From an uncultured Sphingobacteriales bacterium (lineage in GTDB: Bacteria > Bacteroidota > Bacteroidia > CAILMK01 > CAYYUA01): a DNA stretch of 64,000 nucleotides. The notes below the pieces were generated by a model. It was not told where the DNA came from and ran no database searches. It was given only the letters and a program-made list of their open reading frames with translations. Shown in pieces: positions 29,442 to 39,199 of this stretch. The DNA lies in the NCBI GenBank assembly GCA_964561545.1, contig CAZLQF010000014.1, forward strand, positions 7,401 through 71,400. The letters are read 5' to 3'. The position numbers were made by a program, and so were the translations under genes. Position 1 is the first letter of the stretch. Each line of letters starts with the position of its first letter.

Positions 29442-30278
29442 CTATTGTTCAGTCAATCCTGTTATGTAATTGGTGCCTAAATTGGGTGTAAATCCAAGCT
29501 TTTGATGGATAGAAAAAGCTATATCAATTCTGAAATTGTTAAAATCGAATCCCAGCCCAAAGTGGTATTTTAAAGGCTTGGTAGCAAAACCACCTCTTAA
29601 ATGAAAATTGTTGCCAGGGTGGTATTCCAGTCCATTTTTAATGGACAAATCCTGTTCGATGGGTTTTTCACCTTCAACCAGCCATGTAAGCTTTTCTGAA
29701 AAGTCAAAACCTGTACCCAACCTGAACACCGTAGGATATGGCTCATCTTGATAAGAGGCGAATTGCTGGTTGGTGGGATTGAAAACGTGGGCTGCCAGGT
29801 CCACCTTCTCACTGATGTGAAAGAGCAGGCCAGCCTCTGCGAGTACATCCCACTGATTGCCGGTTTCGCGTACAAAGGTATTAAAGGCATCAAATTGTAT
29901 CCCTGCTGATACACGATCTCCAAAGGAGCGGGCATAAGTAAGTCCATATCGTTGCTGGTAAAAAAAGTTACTGTTGTTAAACTGGTAGAAACTTAGGCCA
30001 AATGTTCCCACATTCTTAAAGGGTTTAACAACCGAAATAGCCCCTGCATTGAGTTCTTTAATGCTGAATTTCCGCTGGGCATAAAAGCCAACCGAAAAAC
30101 TTTGCAATTCTGCCAATGCTGCCTGATTGTGAAATGTAGCCCAATGATCAGGAAGGGTTAAGGCCGCATGGGCAAGTCCTGCAAAGCGGCTACCGGCAGG
30201 AAAATTTTCTCCACCGGCTTTAACCAAACAGGGCAATAGCAAAAGACCCAGCAAACAAATGCGTAGAAAATGCTTCAT
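29442..30278 (-). CDS. PorV/PorQ-like (FadL-fold) outer membrane protein
   Basis: Signal peptide then GGENFPAGSRFAGLAHAALTLPDHWATFHNQAALAEL. This matches the N-terminal pattern of T9SS PorV/PorQ family barrels (F..AR.AALGGA..ADDASA..NPAGLA). The gene lies 3 nt upstream of the HhH OMP gene. Confidence 0.45.
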   Translation of the reverse strand: MKHFLRICLLGLLLLPCLVKAGGENFPAGSRFAGLAHAALTLPDHWATFHNQAALAELQSFSVGFYAQRKFSIKELNAGAISVVKPFKNVGTFGLSFYQFNNSNFFYQQRYGLTYARSFGDRVSAGIQFDAFNTFVRETGNQWDVLAEAGLLFHISEKVDLAAHVFNPTNQQFASYQDEPYPTVFRLGTGFDFSEKLTWLVEGEKPIEQDLSIKNGLEYHPGNNFHLRGGFATKPLKYHFGLGFDFNNFRIDIAFSIHQKLGFTPNLGTNYITGLTEQ

Positions 30279-30545
30279 AAATTAGCAAGCAACCATAGAT
30301 TTCTTAGGCTAATATAGGGAATCAGCAAGTTTTATCGGTGTTAAAATTGAAATTTGGTTTACATCAAAGGTTTAAGGTTCAACTTCAAACCTCCAACATT
30401 GAACCACTTATGATGTCTCAGCGGAGGCTTTTCTTGTAACTTCAGAATTTGGATTAACCAAAATATCTGTAAAAAGCTCGAGATACCAGGTATTTCAGGC
30501 CAGCGAAAAACTCCGCGTTGTGTGAAGAAATGGCCTAATCTTGTT

Positions 30546-32036
30546 TTAGGTTGAGCGGTTTGAATTCCTGGAGCGGGGGATGGTATGTTTGGCCAAAATC
30601 CGTTGCTTTTCGGCTTTTACGATTTCCTGTTTGCGAAAGCTCCACAATTTTTTGCGGGCTGCCTTGCCAGCTTCCTTAATATCAACGATGGGTAAGGGAT
30701 AGGTTTGACCGGGCTTGAAACCTGAAAAGTCTTGTTCTAATACTGGCACAGTCCACGGTTGGTGTATGTAATGATCAGGACAAGATTGAAGTTCAGGAAC
30801 CCAGGTTTTGATAAAAATGCCCTCCGAGTCGTGGTCCTGGGATTGTTTGATGGGATTGTAAACCCTAACCGTATTGGTTCCGGTAACGCCTGCTTGCATT
30901 TGCAATTGCGGAAAATGAATGCCAGGCTCAAAATCCAGGAAATCTTTCGCTAAATGAGCACTGATCATGGACCATGGAAGCCAAAAGTGATGGGTGGCCA
31001 CTGAAGTTAGCATAGCACGCATACGAAAATTGATGTAGCCTGTTTGGTTCAGGCAGCGCATACAAGCATCAACAAGCGGTAGCCCTGTTTTGCCTTTACT
31101 CCAGGCTTGGTAGAGCTCTTTGTCATAACATTGGATCATTGCCTCATAACCTTGGTTGAGGGACCTAAACTCCAATTCAGGTTCCATTTCAAGCTTTTGT
31201 ATAAAATGGCTCCGCCAAAAAAGCCTGGACTGAAAAGCTGAAAGCGGGCCTTTCCATTGTCCTTGTGCACGAACCTGCTGAGTGGCTTTGTAAACCTGGC
31301 GCAAGGATAAATTACCCCAAGCCAGGTAAGGGGAGAGCCGGCTGCAGCTTTGACGGCTTTCGAGCGGTTTTGAAATGTGCTTGTTGTAAGTAGCCGCTCT
31401 ACCTTTTGAAAATGAATTTAAAACACCCTTTCCCTGTAATTCACCTCCGGTTTGGAATTTTTTGGCAGTTTGATTGTCGAGGTCTTTCATGAGGGGAAAG
31501 TAGCTCATCAGATTTTCGACAAAACTTGCTTCAATAAATCTGATCTTGTTTAAATCCGGATCGGCCGTTTTTTGCTTCATGTAGTTGTACCATTGTTGAA
31601 CCCATCTATCCCGGCTAATAAGACCTCTAAAAACGCCATTATGGGTATATTCATACCAAGGGAATGCTTGGGATCGGCACCATTGTTTAATTTGCTCATC
31701 CCTTTGGTAAGTGATGTAAAGCCCTGTCTCTTTATGGGAATACAGACCTTGAATGGTTACAAGCGTTTGCAAGATTTGCAATAATCTCAACACAGGTACT
31801 TTAACGCGTAAGATCCTGGTTCCTAATGGGGCTAATTGTGAATCCAGCTCATCGAGCGATTGCTGTTGGAAGAGGAGGTGACGATCATCGGTATGATCAT
31901 GGTGTAGTAAAGCGGGTTCAAAAGTATGAAAGAGCAAAACCGGCCTACCAGCTTCAGCAGCTTTTAGCAAAGCTTGGTGGTCGGTGATACGTAAGTCCCT
32001 TTTGAGCCAAACCAGATTTAAACCATCGGTTACCAT
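30546..32036 (-). CDS. cryptochrome/photolyase family protein (FAD-binding; DASH/CryPro-type)
   Basis: N-terminal photolyase alpha/beta domain ([20 protein letters not shown]) and a C-terminal FAD-binding helical domain with Trp-rich motifs. Confidence 0.75.
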   Translation of the reverse strand: MVTDGLNLVWLKRDLRITDHQALLKAAEAGRPVLLFHTFEPALLHHDHTDDRHLLFQQQSLDELDSQLAPLGTRILRVKVPVLRLLQILQTLVTIQGLYSHKETGLYITYQRDEQIKQWCRSQAFPWYEYTHNGVFRGLISRDRWVQQWYNYMKQKTADPDLNKIRFIEASFVENLMSYFPLMKDLDNQTAKKFQTGGELQGKGVLNSFSKGRAATYNKHISKPLESRQSCSRLSPYLAWGNLSLRQVYKATQQVRAQGQWKGPLSAFQSRLFWRSHFIQKLEMEPELEFRSLNQGYEAMIQCYDKELYQAWSKGKTGLPLVDACMRCLNQTGYINFRMRAMLTSVATHHFWLPWSMISAHLAKDFLDFEPGIHFPQLQMQAGVTGTNTVRVYNPIKQSQDHDSEGIFIKTWVPELQSCPDHYIHQPWTVPVLEQDFSGFKPGQTYPLPIVDIKEAGKAARKKLWSFRKQEIVKAEKQRILAKHTIPRSRNSNRST

Positions 32037-32222
32037 ACTTCCTCAACAATCGGTTCTGCATCTGGTTTACTGCTATAAACACCGATCAACTGTCAACTGC
32101 AAATACGCAAAACCTTTAATCTTAATGGATGAGAGCTAATTAAAAAGTATTTATAGCGCGCATAAACCAGGATTATGGATGTTATTTATTGTTGGTAGTT
32201 TGTTAGGAAAGCCGTTGGTTTA

Positions 32223-32936
32223 TCAAGTGTAGCTTACTATTGTTCCTACATCTTCACCATTCACCACGTAATAAAGGTTGTTGGGTTTGTTCATGTTAAA
32301 AACGATGACAGGTAGCTTGTTTTCTTTGCAAAGAGTGAAAGCCGTCATGTCCATCACGTCAAGGTTTTTACTGTAAACCTCGTCAAAAGAAACGTTGGTG
32401 TAACGCTTGGCCGATTCATCTTTTTCAGGATCAGCTGAGTAGATCCCATCTACACGGGTCCCTTTCAGGATTACATCAGCATTGATTTCAATGGCCCTTA
32501 AGACAGCTGCCGTATCAGTGGTAAAATAGGGATTTCCCGTTCCGGATGAGAAAATGACCGCTCGGCCTTTTTCAAGGTGACGAATGGCCCTTCTGCGAAT
32601 GAAAGGTTCACAGATTTCTTCCATTTTAATGGCGGATTGAAGGCGGGTTTGTAATTCTTGGGACTCGAGGGCAGTTTGAAGGGCCATACCGTTAATGGTT
32701 GTGGCAAGCATGCCCATGTAATCGCCCTGGGCGCGGTCCATAAGGCCATCCCTTGAAGCATCAAGCCCCCTGTAGATGTTACCGCCTCCTATCACAATGC
32801 CCACTTCGCAACCGGCATCTTTAATGGTTTTAATTTCCCTGGCATAGTCTGCTATGACGTCTCCATTGATACCATATTCCTTGGAGCCCATCAAGGCTTC
32901 GCCACTAAGTTTGAGGAGGATCCTGTTGTATTTCAT
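32223..32936 (-). CDS. pyrH: UMP kinase
   Basis: [18 protein letters not shown]-terminus and amino-acid kinase fold. 237 aa. Confidence 0.95.
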   Translation of the reverse strand: MKYNRILLKLSGEALMGSKEYGINGDVIADYAREIKTIKDAGCEVGIVIGGGNIYRGLDASRDGLMDRAQGDYMGMLATTINGMALQTALESQELQTRLQSAIKMEEICEPFIRRRAIRHLEKGRAVIFSSGTGNPYFTTDTAAVLRAIEINADVILKGTRVDGIYSADPEKDESAKRYTNVSFDEVYSKNLDVMDMTAFTLCKENKLPVIVFNMNKPNNLYYVVNGEDVGTIVSYT

Positions 32937-32974
32937 CTATGATGATTTTAGCGCAAAAGCATTTTGTAAAGGCC

Positions 32975-33010
32975 AAAAAAAGAGGCTTGCTCGCAAGCCT
33001 CTTTTTAAAT
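32975..33010 (-). terminator. intrinsic terminator/attenuator between tsf and pyrH
   Basis: Near-perfect hairpin AAAAAGAGGCTTGC-tc-GCAAGCCTCTTTTT with a U-run on both strands. Confidence 0.65.
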
Positions 33011-33016
33011 TTTATT

Positions 33017-33853
33017 TTAATTACCAGCTACGGCTATACGTTTAAATTCTTTGATCTGTAAATCTTTATCAATCTCAGCCAGGTAATCTTTCACGGTTTT
33101 CGAACTATCTTTAACAAAGTCTTGATCAACAAGGGTATTTTCCTTGTAGAACTTTTTCATTCGACCCTGCGCTATCTTTTCCGTTACATGCTCTGGCTTA
33201 CCTTCGGCCTGGGCTGATTCTTTGGCATATTGAAATTCACGGTTCAGGACGTCTTCAGGAATACCCTCTTCGTTGGTGGCCAATGGACTCATCGCAGCTA
33301 CCTGCATAGCAATGTCACTTGCGGCTTCTTGAATGTCTGCGTTATTCGGATTTTCAAATCCAACCAATACACCAATTTGGTTACCAAAATGGTTGTAGGC
33401 TACCACGTGGTCGGCTTCCATTTTTTCATAGTCTGATAGTGTAAGTTTCTCGCCAATTTGAGCAATTTTCTCATCAAACAAGTCTTGCACCTTCTTGCCC
33501 TCAATTTCTAAATTATAGACATCATCTCTTTGGGCGGGCAAATTTCTAAGCACTTCATCTGCTACTTGACCAGCAAAACCCTGAAAATCTTGGTTTTTGG
33601 CCACAAAGTCCGTTTCACAATTGATGGAGAAAACAATGCCAGTTTTGTGATCATTGGTTGTTCTTGAAAGTACAATGCCTTCGTTGGCTTCTTTATCAGA
33701 CCTTTTAGCTGATACTTTTTGCCCTTTTTTTCTAAGGTAATTTATGGCTTCGTCAAAATCGCCACCGGTTTCCTCAAGGGCTTGTTTACAATCCATCATT
33801 CCTGCGCCGGTGGTATTTCTTAGCTTCTGTACATCAGATGCGGATATTCCCAT
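33017..33853 (-). CDS. tsf: translation elongation factor Ts
   Basis: MGISASDVQKLRNTTGAGMMDCKQAL (UBA-like N-terminus), 278 aa. Confidence 0.95.
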   Translation of the reverse strand: MGISASDVQKLRNTTGAGMMDCKQALEETGGDFDEAINYLRKKGQKVSAKRSDKEANEGIVLSRTTNDHKTGIVFSINCETDFVAKNQDFQGFAGQVADEVLRNLPAQRDDVYNLEIEGKKVQDLFDEKIAQIGEKLTLSDYEKMEADHVVAYNHFGNQIGVLVGFENPNNADIQEAASDIAMQVAAMSPLATNEEGIPEDVLNREFQYAKESAQAEGKPEHVTEKIAQGRMKKFYKENTLVDQDFVKDSSKTVKDYLAEIDKDLQIKEFKRIAVAGN

Positions 33854-33882
33854 GGTTGGTTTATTTGTTTTAGGTATTGGAA

Positions 33883-34680
33883 TTATTCTTCACTTGTTGA
33901 GTCGCTTTCTTCAGCTTCTTTCTTTTGAGATTCTTCTTCTGCAGCTTTTTCCTGGTCCTCACCTTTCTTCTTGGCTTCCTCTTTTTCAGCTTTGCGCTCG
34001 GCGAGCCCTTCTTCCACAGCATTGGTAAATTGTTCTGTGATCATTGCAATGGATTTGGAAGCATCATCATTGGAGGGAATGGGATAATTAACCTGAGAAG
34101 GATCACTGTTGGTATCAACCATTCCAAAAGAAGTAATGTTAAGCTTTTGAGCTTCTGCTGTGGCAATGTGTTCTTTATGAATGTCCACTATAAAAACGGC
34201 AGCTGGTAACCTGCTGAGGTCCGTGATACCACCAAGGACTCTTTCAAGTTTTTCACGCTCGCGCTGAAGTGCCAATCTTTCTTTTTTGGCCATGTTGTTG
34301 ACGGTTCCTTCATTGAACATTCGATCAATGTTGGACATCTTCTTGATGGATTTCCGAACGGTAGCAAAATTGGTCAACATGCCGCCAAGCCAACGCTCAG
34401 TAACATAGGGCATATCAACTCGCTTGGCATTTTCGGTGGCAATATCTTTGGCTTGCTTCTTGGTAGCAATGTATAAGATTTTTCTACCCGATTTGGCAAG
34501 GTTTTTAGCTACTTCACAAGCATTATCCAGTTTATGGGCTGTTTTGTTAAGATCTATGATGTGGATCCCGTTTTTCTCCATAAAAATGTAGGGTGACATG
34601 TTGGGATTCCATTTGCTCCTAAGGTGGCCAAAGTGAGCTCCTGCATCCAGCAGGTCTTGTATAGATACTTCTTTTGACAT
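33883..34680 (-). CDS. rpsB: 30S ribosomal protein S2
   Basis: SIQDLLDAGAHFGH...YIFMEKNGIHIIDL is the S2 signature. The C-terminus is an acidic/Lys-rich tail. Confidence 0.95.
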   Translation of the reverse strand: MSKEVSIQDLLDAGAHFGHLRSKWNPNMSPYIFMEKNGIHIIDLNKTAHKLDNACEVAKNLAKSGRKILYIATKKQAKDIATENAKRVDMPYVTERWLGGMLTNFATVRKSIKKMSNIDRMFNEGTVNNMAKKERLALQREREKLERVLGGITDLSRLPAAVFIVDIHKEHIATAEAQKLNITSFGMVDTNSDPSQVNYPIPSNDDASKSIAMITEQFTNAVEEGLAERKAEKEEAKKKGEDQEKAAEEESQKKEAEESDSTSEE

Positions 34681-34694
34681 ATATAATAAGGGTT

Positions 34695-35081
34695 TTAGCG
34701 CTTCCTAAATTGTTCTTGTTTTCTGGCCTTGAGGAATCCGGATTTCTTCCTTTCTACCATTCTGGCATCACGAGTTAAGAACTCTTTATCTTTCAAGATC
34801 TTTTTGAAATCCTCGTTGATCTGAACCAACGCCCTGGAAATGGCGTGCCTGATGGCTTCTGATTGGCCGGTCATTCCACCACCATGAACGCGTATTTTTA
34901 CATCATACTGACCATCGGTTTCAGTTATGGTAAACGGCTGTTTTATTATGGTTTGAAATGTCATTTTAGGGAAATACGCTTCCAGCGATTTTCCGTTAAT
35001 GCTAATATCGCCGTTTCCGGCTTTGAGGTAGGCTCTGGCTACAGAGGTCTTTCTTCTGCCGGTGCTGTTAATGTATTCCAT
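34695..35081 (-). CDS. rpsI: 30S ribosomal protein S9
   Basis: GRRKTSVARAY...GGGMTGQSEAIRHAISRAL...KARKQEQFRKR matches the S9 signature. Confidence 0.95.
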   Translation of the reverse strand: MEYINSTGRRKTSVARAYLKAGNGDISINGKSLEAYFPKMTFQTIIKQPFTITETDGQYDVKIRVHGGGMTGQSEAIRHAISRALVQINEDFKKILKDKEFLTRDARMVERKKSGFLKARKQEQFRKR

Positions 35082-35091
35082 GTTTTATTTT

Positions 35092-35571
35092 TTAAAGGTC
35101 GATTTTTTCAGGTTTTTGTGCTTCATGGGGATGATCATCTCCAGTATATAAGTACAAGTTTTTAAGGAACTCATCGCGTAACTTATTTTTGGGCAACATG
35201 CCCCTAACTGCATTGTGGAGTACTTCATTAGGCTTTTTCTGGAAAAGTTCCTCAGGTGTTCTTGTGCGAAGCCCGCTTGGATACCCTGTATAGCGTACGT
35301 ATGATTTTTGTTTGTTTTTCTTACCAGTAAACCTTACTTGATCTGCATTAAGTATGATCACTTTGTCTCCACAATTAACATGCGGAGTATAAGATGGTTT
35401 GTGTTTACCTGAAATGATCTTGGCAATTTCTGTTGCTAATCTTCCCACGACTTGGTCGGTGGCGTCAACGATGTACCAATTGCGCTGTACGGTTTCCTTC
35501 TTGGCGGATAGGGTTTTATAGCTCTGTGTATCCACTTTTATTGCTTTTGTAGTTTCAAAATGTGATTGCAA
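35092..35571 (-). CDS. rplM: 50S ribosomal protein L13
   Basis: WYIVDATDQVVGRLATEIAKIISGKHKPSYTPHVNCGDKVIILNADQVRFTGKK is the L13 signature. An in-frame GTG at 35533-35535 would give MDTQSYKTL, matching the Bacteroidota L13 N-terminus, so the true start is probably there. Confidence 0.9.
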   Translation of the reverse strand: MQSHFETTKAIKVDTQSYKTLSAKKETVQRNWYIVDATDQVVGRLATEIAKIISGKHKPSYTPHVNCGDKVIILNADQVRFTGKKNKQKSYVRYTGYPSGLRTRTPEELFQKKPNEVLHNAVRGMLPKNKLRDEFLKNLYLYTGDDHPHEAQKPEKIDL

Positions 35572-36122
35572 AAGTACAGCTTTCGATAAAATTTCAAAAA
35601 TTTCAGCAGGGTTAAGTTCAGGAATTGCGTAAACGCATGTAGGTTGATGATTTTTCCAAAAATTTCACCACTAATCGAGGAAAGCTTACTTAGGTAAATC
35701 AATCTATAACTTTTGGCATTTATTTAAGTTTATTGTGTGGGCTTTAAGGAGAACAAACAAATGGCTTTGGCCCGTTTAAGTTCCCTAAAGTCCTAAGGGT
35801 ATTTAAGATCCTCATCATCAAAAATTTACAGACTTTAAAAAAGGTACCATGCTTAAAAGTTATGCGGGAGTGAATCCTTGTTGGAATAGGTATGAATGTT
35901 TGATGTAAGATTTTCGGCCTTTGACATATAAGCTATGGCTGTTAATTAAAGGTTTTTTGGACCTGAATCAGGTAAGCTTTGAATGGTATTTTAATTCAAT
36001 TTTTATCCAAGCTACAAGTCTGATTAAAGGTTGCTTAGTGAGCGAATAACCAATTGGTTGGCAAATCAATTACAAAAACTCTGATGCATCTGCTTTTAGC
36101 TCATCTAAGTTGCTTTTGTTAT

Positions 36123-37487
36123 CTAAAACATTGTGGGCTCCTGCATCTTATGCTCGAAATCAAAATTTTCAATGAAGCTTGTTGTAATATTGCCTTTCCT
36201 GAAAGTTTCGTCTTGCATAATGGCCATGTGAAGGGGGATTGTTGTATCCACGCCCTCTACGATGAATTCTTCTAAACATCGGTGCATACGTACTATGGCT
36301 TCATCCCTCGTTCGGGCACTTACAATTAGTTTACCAACCATGGAATCATAATAGGGTGGTATTGAATATCCTCCATAAACATGAGAGTCAACTCGCACGC
36401 CATGGCCTCCGGGTTTGTGTAAATTTACGATTTTGCCAGGGCTTGGCCGGAAATCTTTAAAAGGATCTTCTGCATTGATCCTGCATTCAATGGCACATTT
36501 GTCAGGGAAGTAATTTTTGCCAGATATGGGAATGCCAGCAGCTACTAAAATTTGTTCTTTCACCAAGTCATAATTGATCACTTCCTCAGTTACAGGGTGC
36601 TCAACTTGTATGCGGGTATTCATTTCTATGAAATAGAAATTGAGGTGCTTGTCGACTAAGAACTCTACGGTACCAACGCCCTCGTATTCTACAGCTTTAC
36701 CTGCCTGAATAGCAGCCTTGCCCATTTGCTCTCTTAATTCAGGCGTCATGATGGGAGAAGGGGTTTCTTCAATTAATTTTTGATGGCGCCTTTGAACGGT
36801 ACAATCCCGTTCAGAAAGGTGACTAATGGAGCCAAACTGGTCTCCAATGATCTGAATTTCAACGTGACGGGGTTCTTCTACAAACTTTTCCATGTAAACC
36901 TCATCACTGCCAAAAGAAGCTTTGGCCTCTTGCCTTGCATTGTTCCAATTCTCTTCCAAGAGATCCTCACTTTTGATGATCCGCATGCCCTTGCCGCCTC
37001 CACCTGCTGATGCTTTTAGCATAACAGGATAACCGATTTTTGCTGCTGTTTTCTTGGCCTCATTAAGGTCTGTTAAAACACCACCTGAACCAGGGACCGT
37101 TGGCACGCCTGCATTTTCCATGGTTTCCTTGGCCCTTGCTTTATCGCCCATCCCAGCTATCATTTCAGGAGAAGAACCAATGAATTTGATGCCATTGATT
37201 CGGCAAGTTTCTGAAAACTTGGGACTTTCTGAAAGAAAACCATATCCGGGATGTATGGCATCAGCATTGGTGATTTCCGCGGCTGCAATTAAATTGGGTA
37301 TGTGAAGATAGGATAGATTACTTTGGGCGGGCCCGAGGCAAACTGCCTCATCAGCAAAGCGTACATGAATGCTATCCTCGTCAGCCCTGCTGTATACCGC
37401 TACTGTCTTAATACCCATTTCCTTACAAGTACGGATAATTCTAAGCGCAATCTCCCCTCGATTGGCTATTAGGATTTTATTAAACAT
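36123..37487 (-). CDS. accC: acetyl-CoA carboxylase biotin carboxylase subunit
   Basis: 454 aa ATP-grasp protein. N-terminal [26 protein letters not shown] and [14 protein letters not shown] are present. Confidence 0.95.
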   Translation of the reverse strand: MFNKILIANRGEIALRIIRTCKEMGIKTVAVYSRADEDSIHVRFADEAVCLGPAQSNLSYLHIPNLIAAAEITNADAIHPGYGFLSESPKFSETCRINGIKFIGSSPEMIAGMGDKARAKETMENAGVPTVPGSGGVLTDLNEAKKTAAKIGYPVMLKASAGGGGKGMRIIKSEDLLEENWNNARQEAKASFGSDEVYMEKFVEEPRHVEIQIIGDQFGSISHLSERDCTVQRRHQKLIEETPSPIMTPELREQMGKAAIQAGKAVEYEGVGTVEFLVDKHLNFYFIEMNTRIQVEHPVTEEVINYDLVKEQILVAAGIPISGKNYFPDKCAIECRINAEDPFKDFRPSPGKIVNLHKPGGHGVRVDSHVYGGYSIPPYYDSMVGKLIVSARTRDEAIVRMHRCLEEFIVEGVDTTIPLHMAIMQDETFRKGNITTSFIENFDFEHKMQEPTMF

Positions 37488-37514
37488 ACCCTTTTAGGTT
37501 TTTTTTGGAAAAAA

Positions 37515-38063
37515 TCAGGAGGGATCTATAAGGAACAAGGTTTGGTCATATTCAACCGGGCTTGCATCTTCAGCCACAATTTTTACTATTTTACCACTAT
37601 ATTCCGATTCGATTTCATTAAAAAGCTTCATGGCTTCCACGATGCATACCACATCCCCCTGCTTTACTTCATCTCCCACTTTAACATAGGCGTCTTTTTC
37701 AGGGCTGGGAGAGCGGTAGAAAGTACCGATCATAGGGGCCTTTACTGCTACGTATTTGGATTCATCTTCTTGGGCTTCACCCTTTTCTTGGGGAGGTGCT
37801 TCTTCTTGTTGTGGTGCTGCTTGCTGCTGTTGTTGGGTATTCTGAGGTTCCTGTGGTGGTGCCTGCTGCGGCATCCCTTGGGGCGTCATCATTTGAGCAG
37901 GCATCATTTGCGGGTAAACTTGGGTTTGTACTTGCTCTTTATTCTTATCTTCATCATTACCTGTACGAATGGTAAGTTTAATATCGTCCTTTTCAAGTCG
38001 TACCTCGCTTACACCGGATTCAGATACAAAATTGATAAGGTCCTGAATTTGCTTTAGGTCCAT
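37515..38063 (-). CDS. accB: acetyl-CoA carboxylase biotin carboxyl carrier protein
   Basis: C-terminal biotinyl domain with the EAMKL biotinylation motif (CIVEAMKLFNEIESEYSGKIVKI). The linker is Gln/Pro/Ala-rich. Confidence 0.9.
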   Translation of the reverse strand: MDLKQIQDLINFVSESGVSEVRLEKDDIKLTIRTGNDEDKNKEQVQTQVYPQMMPAQMMTPQGMPQQAPPQEPQNTQQQQQAAPQQEEAPPQEKGEAQEDESKYVAVKAPMIGTFYRSPSPEKDAYVKVGDEVKQGDVVCIVEAMKLFNEIESEYSGKIVKIVAEDASPVEYDQTLFLIDPS

Positions 38064-38069
38064 GACTAA

Positions 38070-38636
38070 TTATTTTTTAACTCTTTCAACGTAAGCTTTC
38101 TTTCTTGTATCAATTTTAAGCAAATCCCCTTTTTCTACAAAAAGCGGAACTTGAATGGATGCTCCTGATTTTACTTCGGCTGCCTTGTAGGTGTTAGTCG
38201 CTGTATCCCCTTTAACGCCCGGCTCTGAATACGTTACCTCTAAGTTAATAAAATTGGGGAGGTAAACATGAATGGGCGTTTCCGTTTCATCATGATAAAC
38301 AATCTCTACTTGCTGACCTTCTGTGAGTAATTCTGGTCTATCTATCAGACTTTCTTCAATGGTTATTTGCTCAAAATTTTCTTCATTCATGAATACATAA
38401 CCTTCATTGTCGGTATATAGAAATTGGAAAGGTCTTTTTTCAACCCTTGCGGTCTTAACCTTTTCTCCTGCATCGAATGTTTTTTCCAAAACCTTGCCGG
38501 TTTTTACACTCTTAAGCCTCGTTCTTACAAAAGCAGCACCTTTACCTGGCTTTTTATGTTGAAATTCAAGAATTTGCATGAGATCGTCATCAATTTCCAG
38601 GCACATTCCATTCTTAAAATCTGCGGTACTTGCCAT
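38070..38636 (-). CDS. efp: translation elongation factor P
   Basis: 188 aa. KPGKGAAFVRTRLKSVKTGK loop and three-domain EF-P architecture. Confidence 0.93.
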   Translation of the reverse strand: MASTADFKNGMCLEIDDDLMQILEFQHKKPGKGAAFVRTRLKSVKTGKVLEKTFDAGEKVKTARVEKRPFQFLYTDNEGYVFMNEENFEQITIEESLIDRPELLTEGQQVEIVYHDETETPIHVYLPNFINLEVTYSEPGVKGDTATNTYKAAEVKSGASIQVPLFVEKGDLLKIDTRKKAYVERVKK

Positions 38637-38955
38637 ACCTCAACGGACCATTTTTATTGTTGAACGCAAATCTACAAGTACAAAATTAAAATTAGCATTT
38701 AAGGTTGGAATTTTTTGTATTAAGATGGTTGGGTAAGTTTTGCCTGTAGATTTAGCTTTAAACAATTCTTAAATAATAAGGGGTAATTTTTACTGAATAA
38801 ATAATGCCATCCCAAGCCCAGATAGTGCCTTTATCTCTGATGAAAGAATAGCTCAGCTCCCTGATGAATAGCAGGATAAATTTGATCAAGTTTGTCCGGT
38901 CTTTGCTACCAAGGTACAGTCAAAATCTGACTACCTTCAATAGCTCCAAGCCAAA

Positions 38956-39123
38956 ATGCATGAATGGATGGACAATGGCTGCCCTATTGATCATGAGCAG
39001 GAGCAAGCTTACATTAACCGGGAATACGGAGCTCATCAAGCAATTGATGATTTTGATCAAAAGCTTTCCGGAAAATGTGTTAAGCGGTTTCACATGTATT
39101 TAAGTGCTTTGCGGCTTAGTTAA
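38956..39123 (+). CDS. possible unannotated small ORF (55 aa, Cys/His-containing acidic peptide) in the efp leader region
   Basis: The ATG at 38956 opens a 55-codon frame, MHEWMDNGCPIDHEQEQAYINREYGAHQAIDDFDQKLSGKCVKRFHMYLSALRLS. It is below the ORF-track cutoff, lies in a 563-nt intergenic region, and has no clear RBS. Confidence 0.15.
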   Translation: MHEWMDNGCPIDHEQEQAYINREYGAHQAIDDFDQKLSGKCVKRFHMYLSALRLS

Positions 39124-39199
39124 AACCCAATAGGTTTACCTGCCGGTTTTTTGTTCCTATGAATGGTTAAAATGAATGCACTCAATTAGTTTATCGACC

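Noticed and set aside
36054-36275. 73-aa + ORF overlapping the accC 3' end
   Set aside because: It overlaps the accC coding end on the opposite strand and has no recognisable features. It is probably spurious.
37542-38057. 171-aa + strand ORF antisense to accB
   Set aside because: It lies entirely inside accB on the opposite strand. Its low-complexity Leu/Cys/Arg-rich sequence derives from the complement of the Gln/Pro-rich BCCP linker. It is a spurious antisense ORF.
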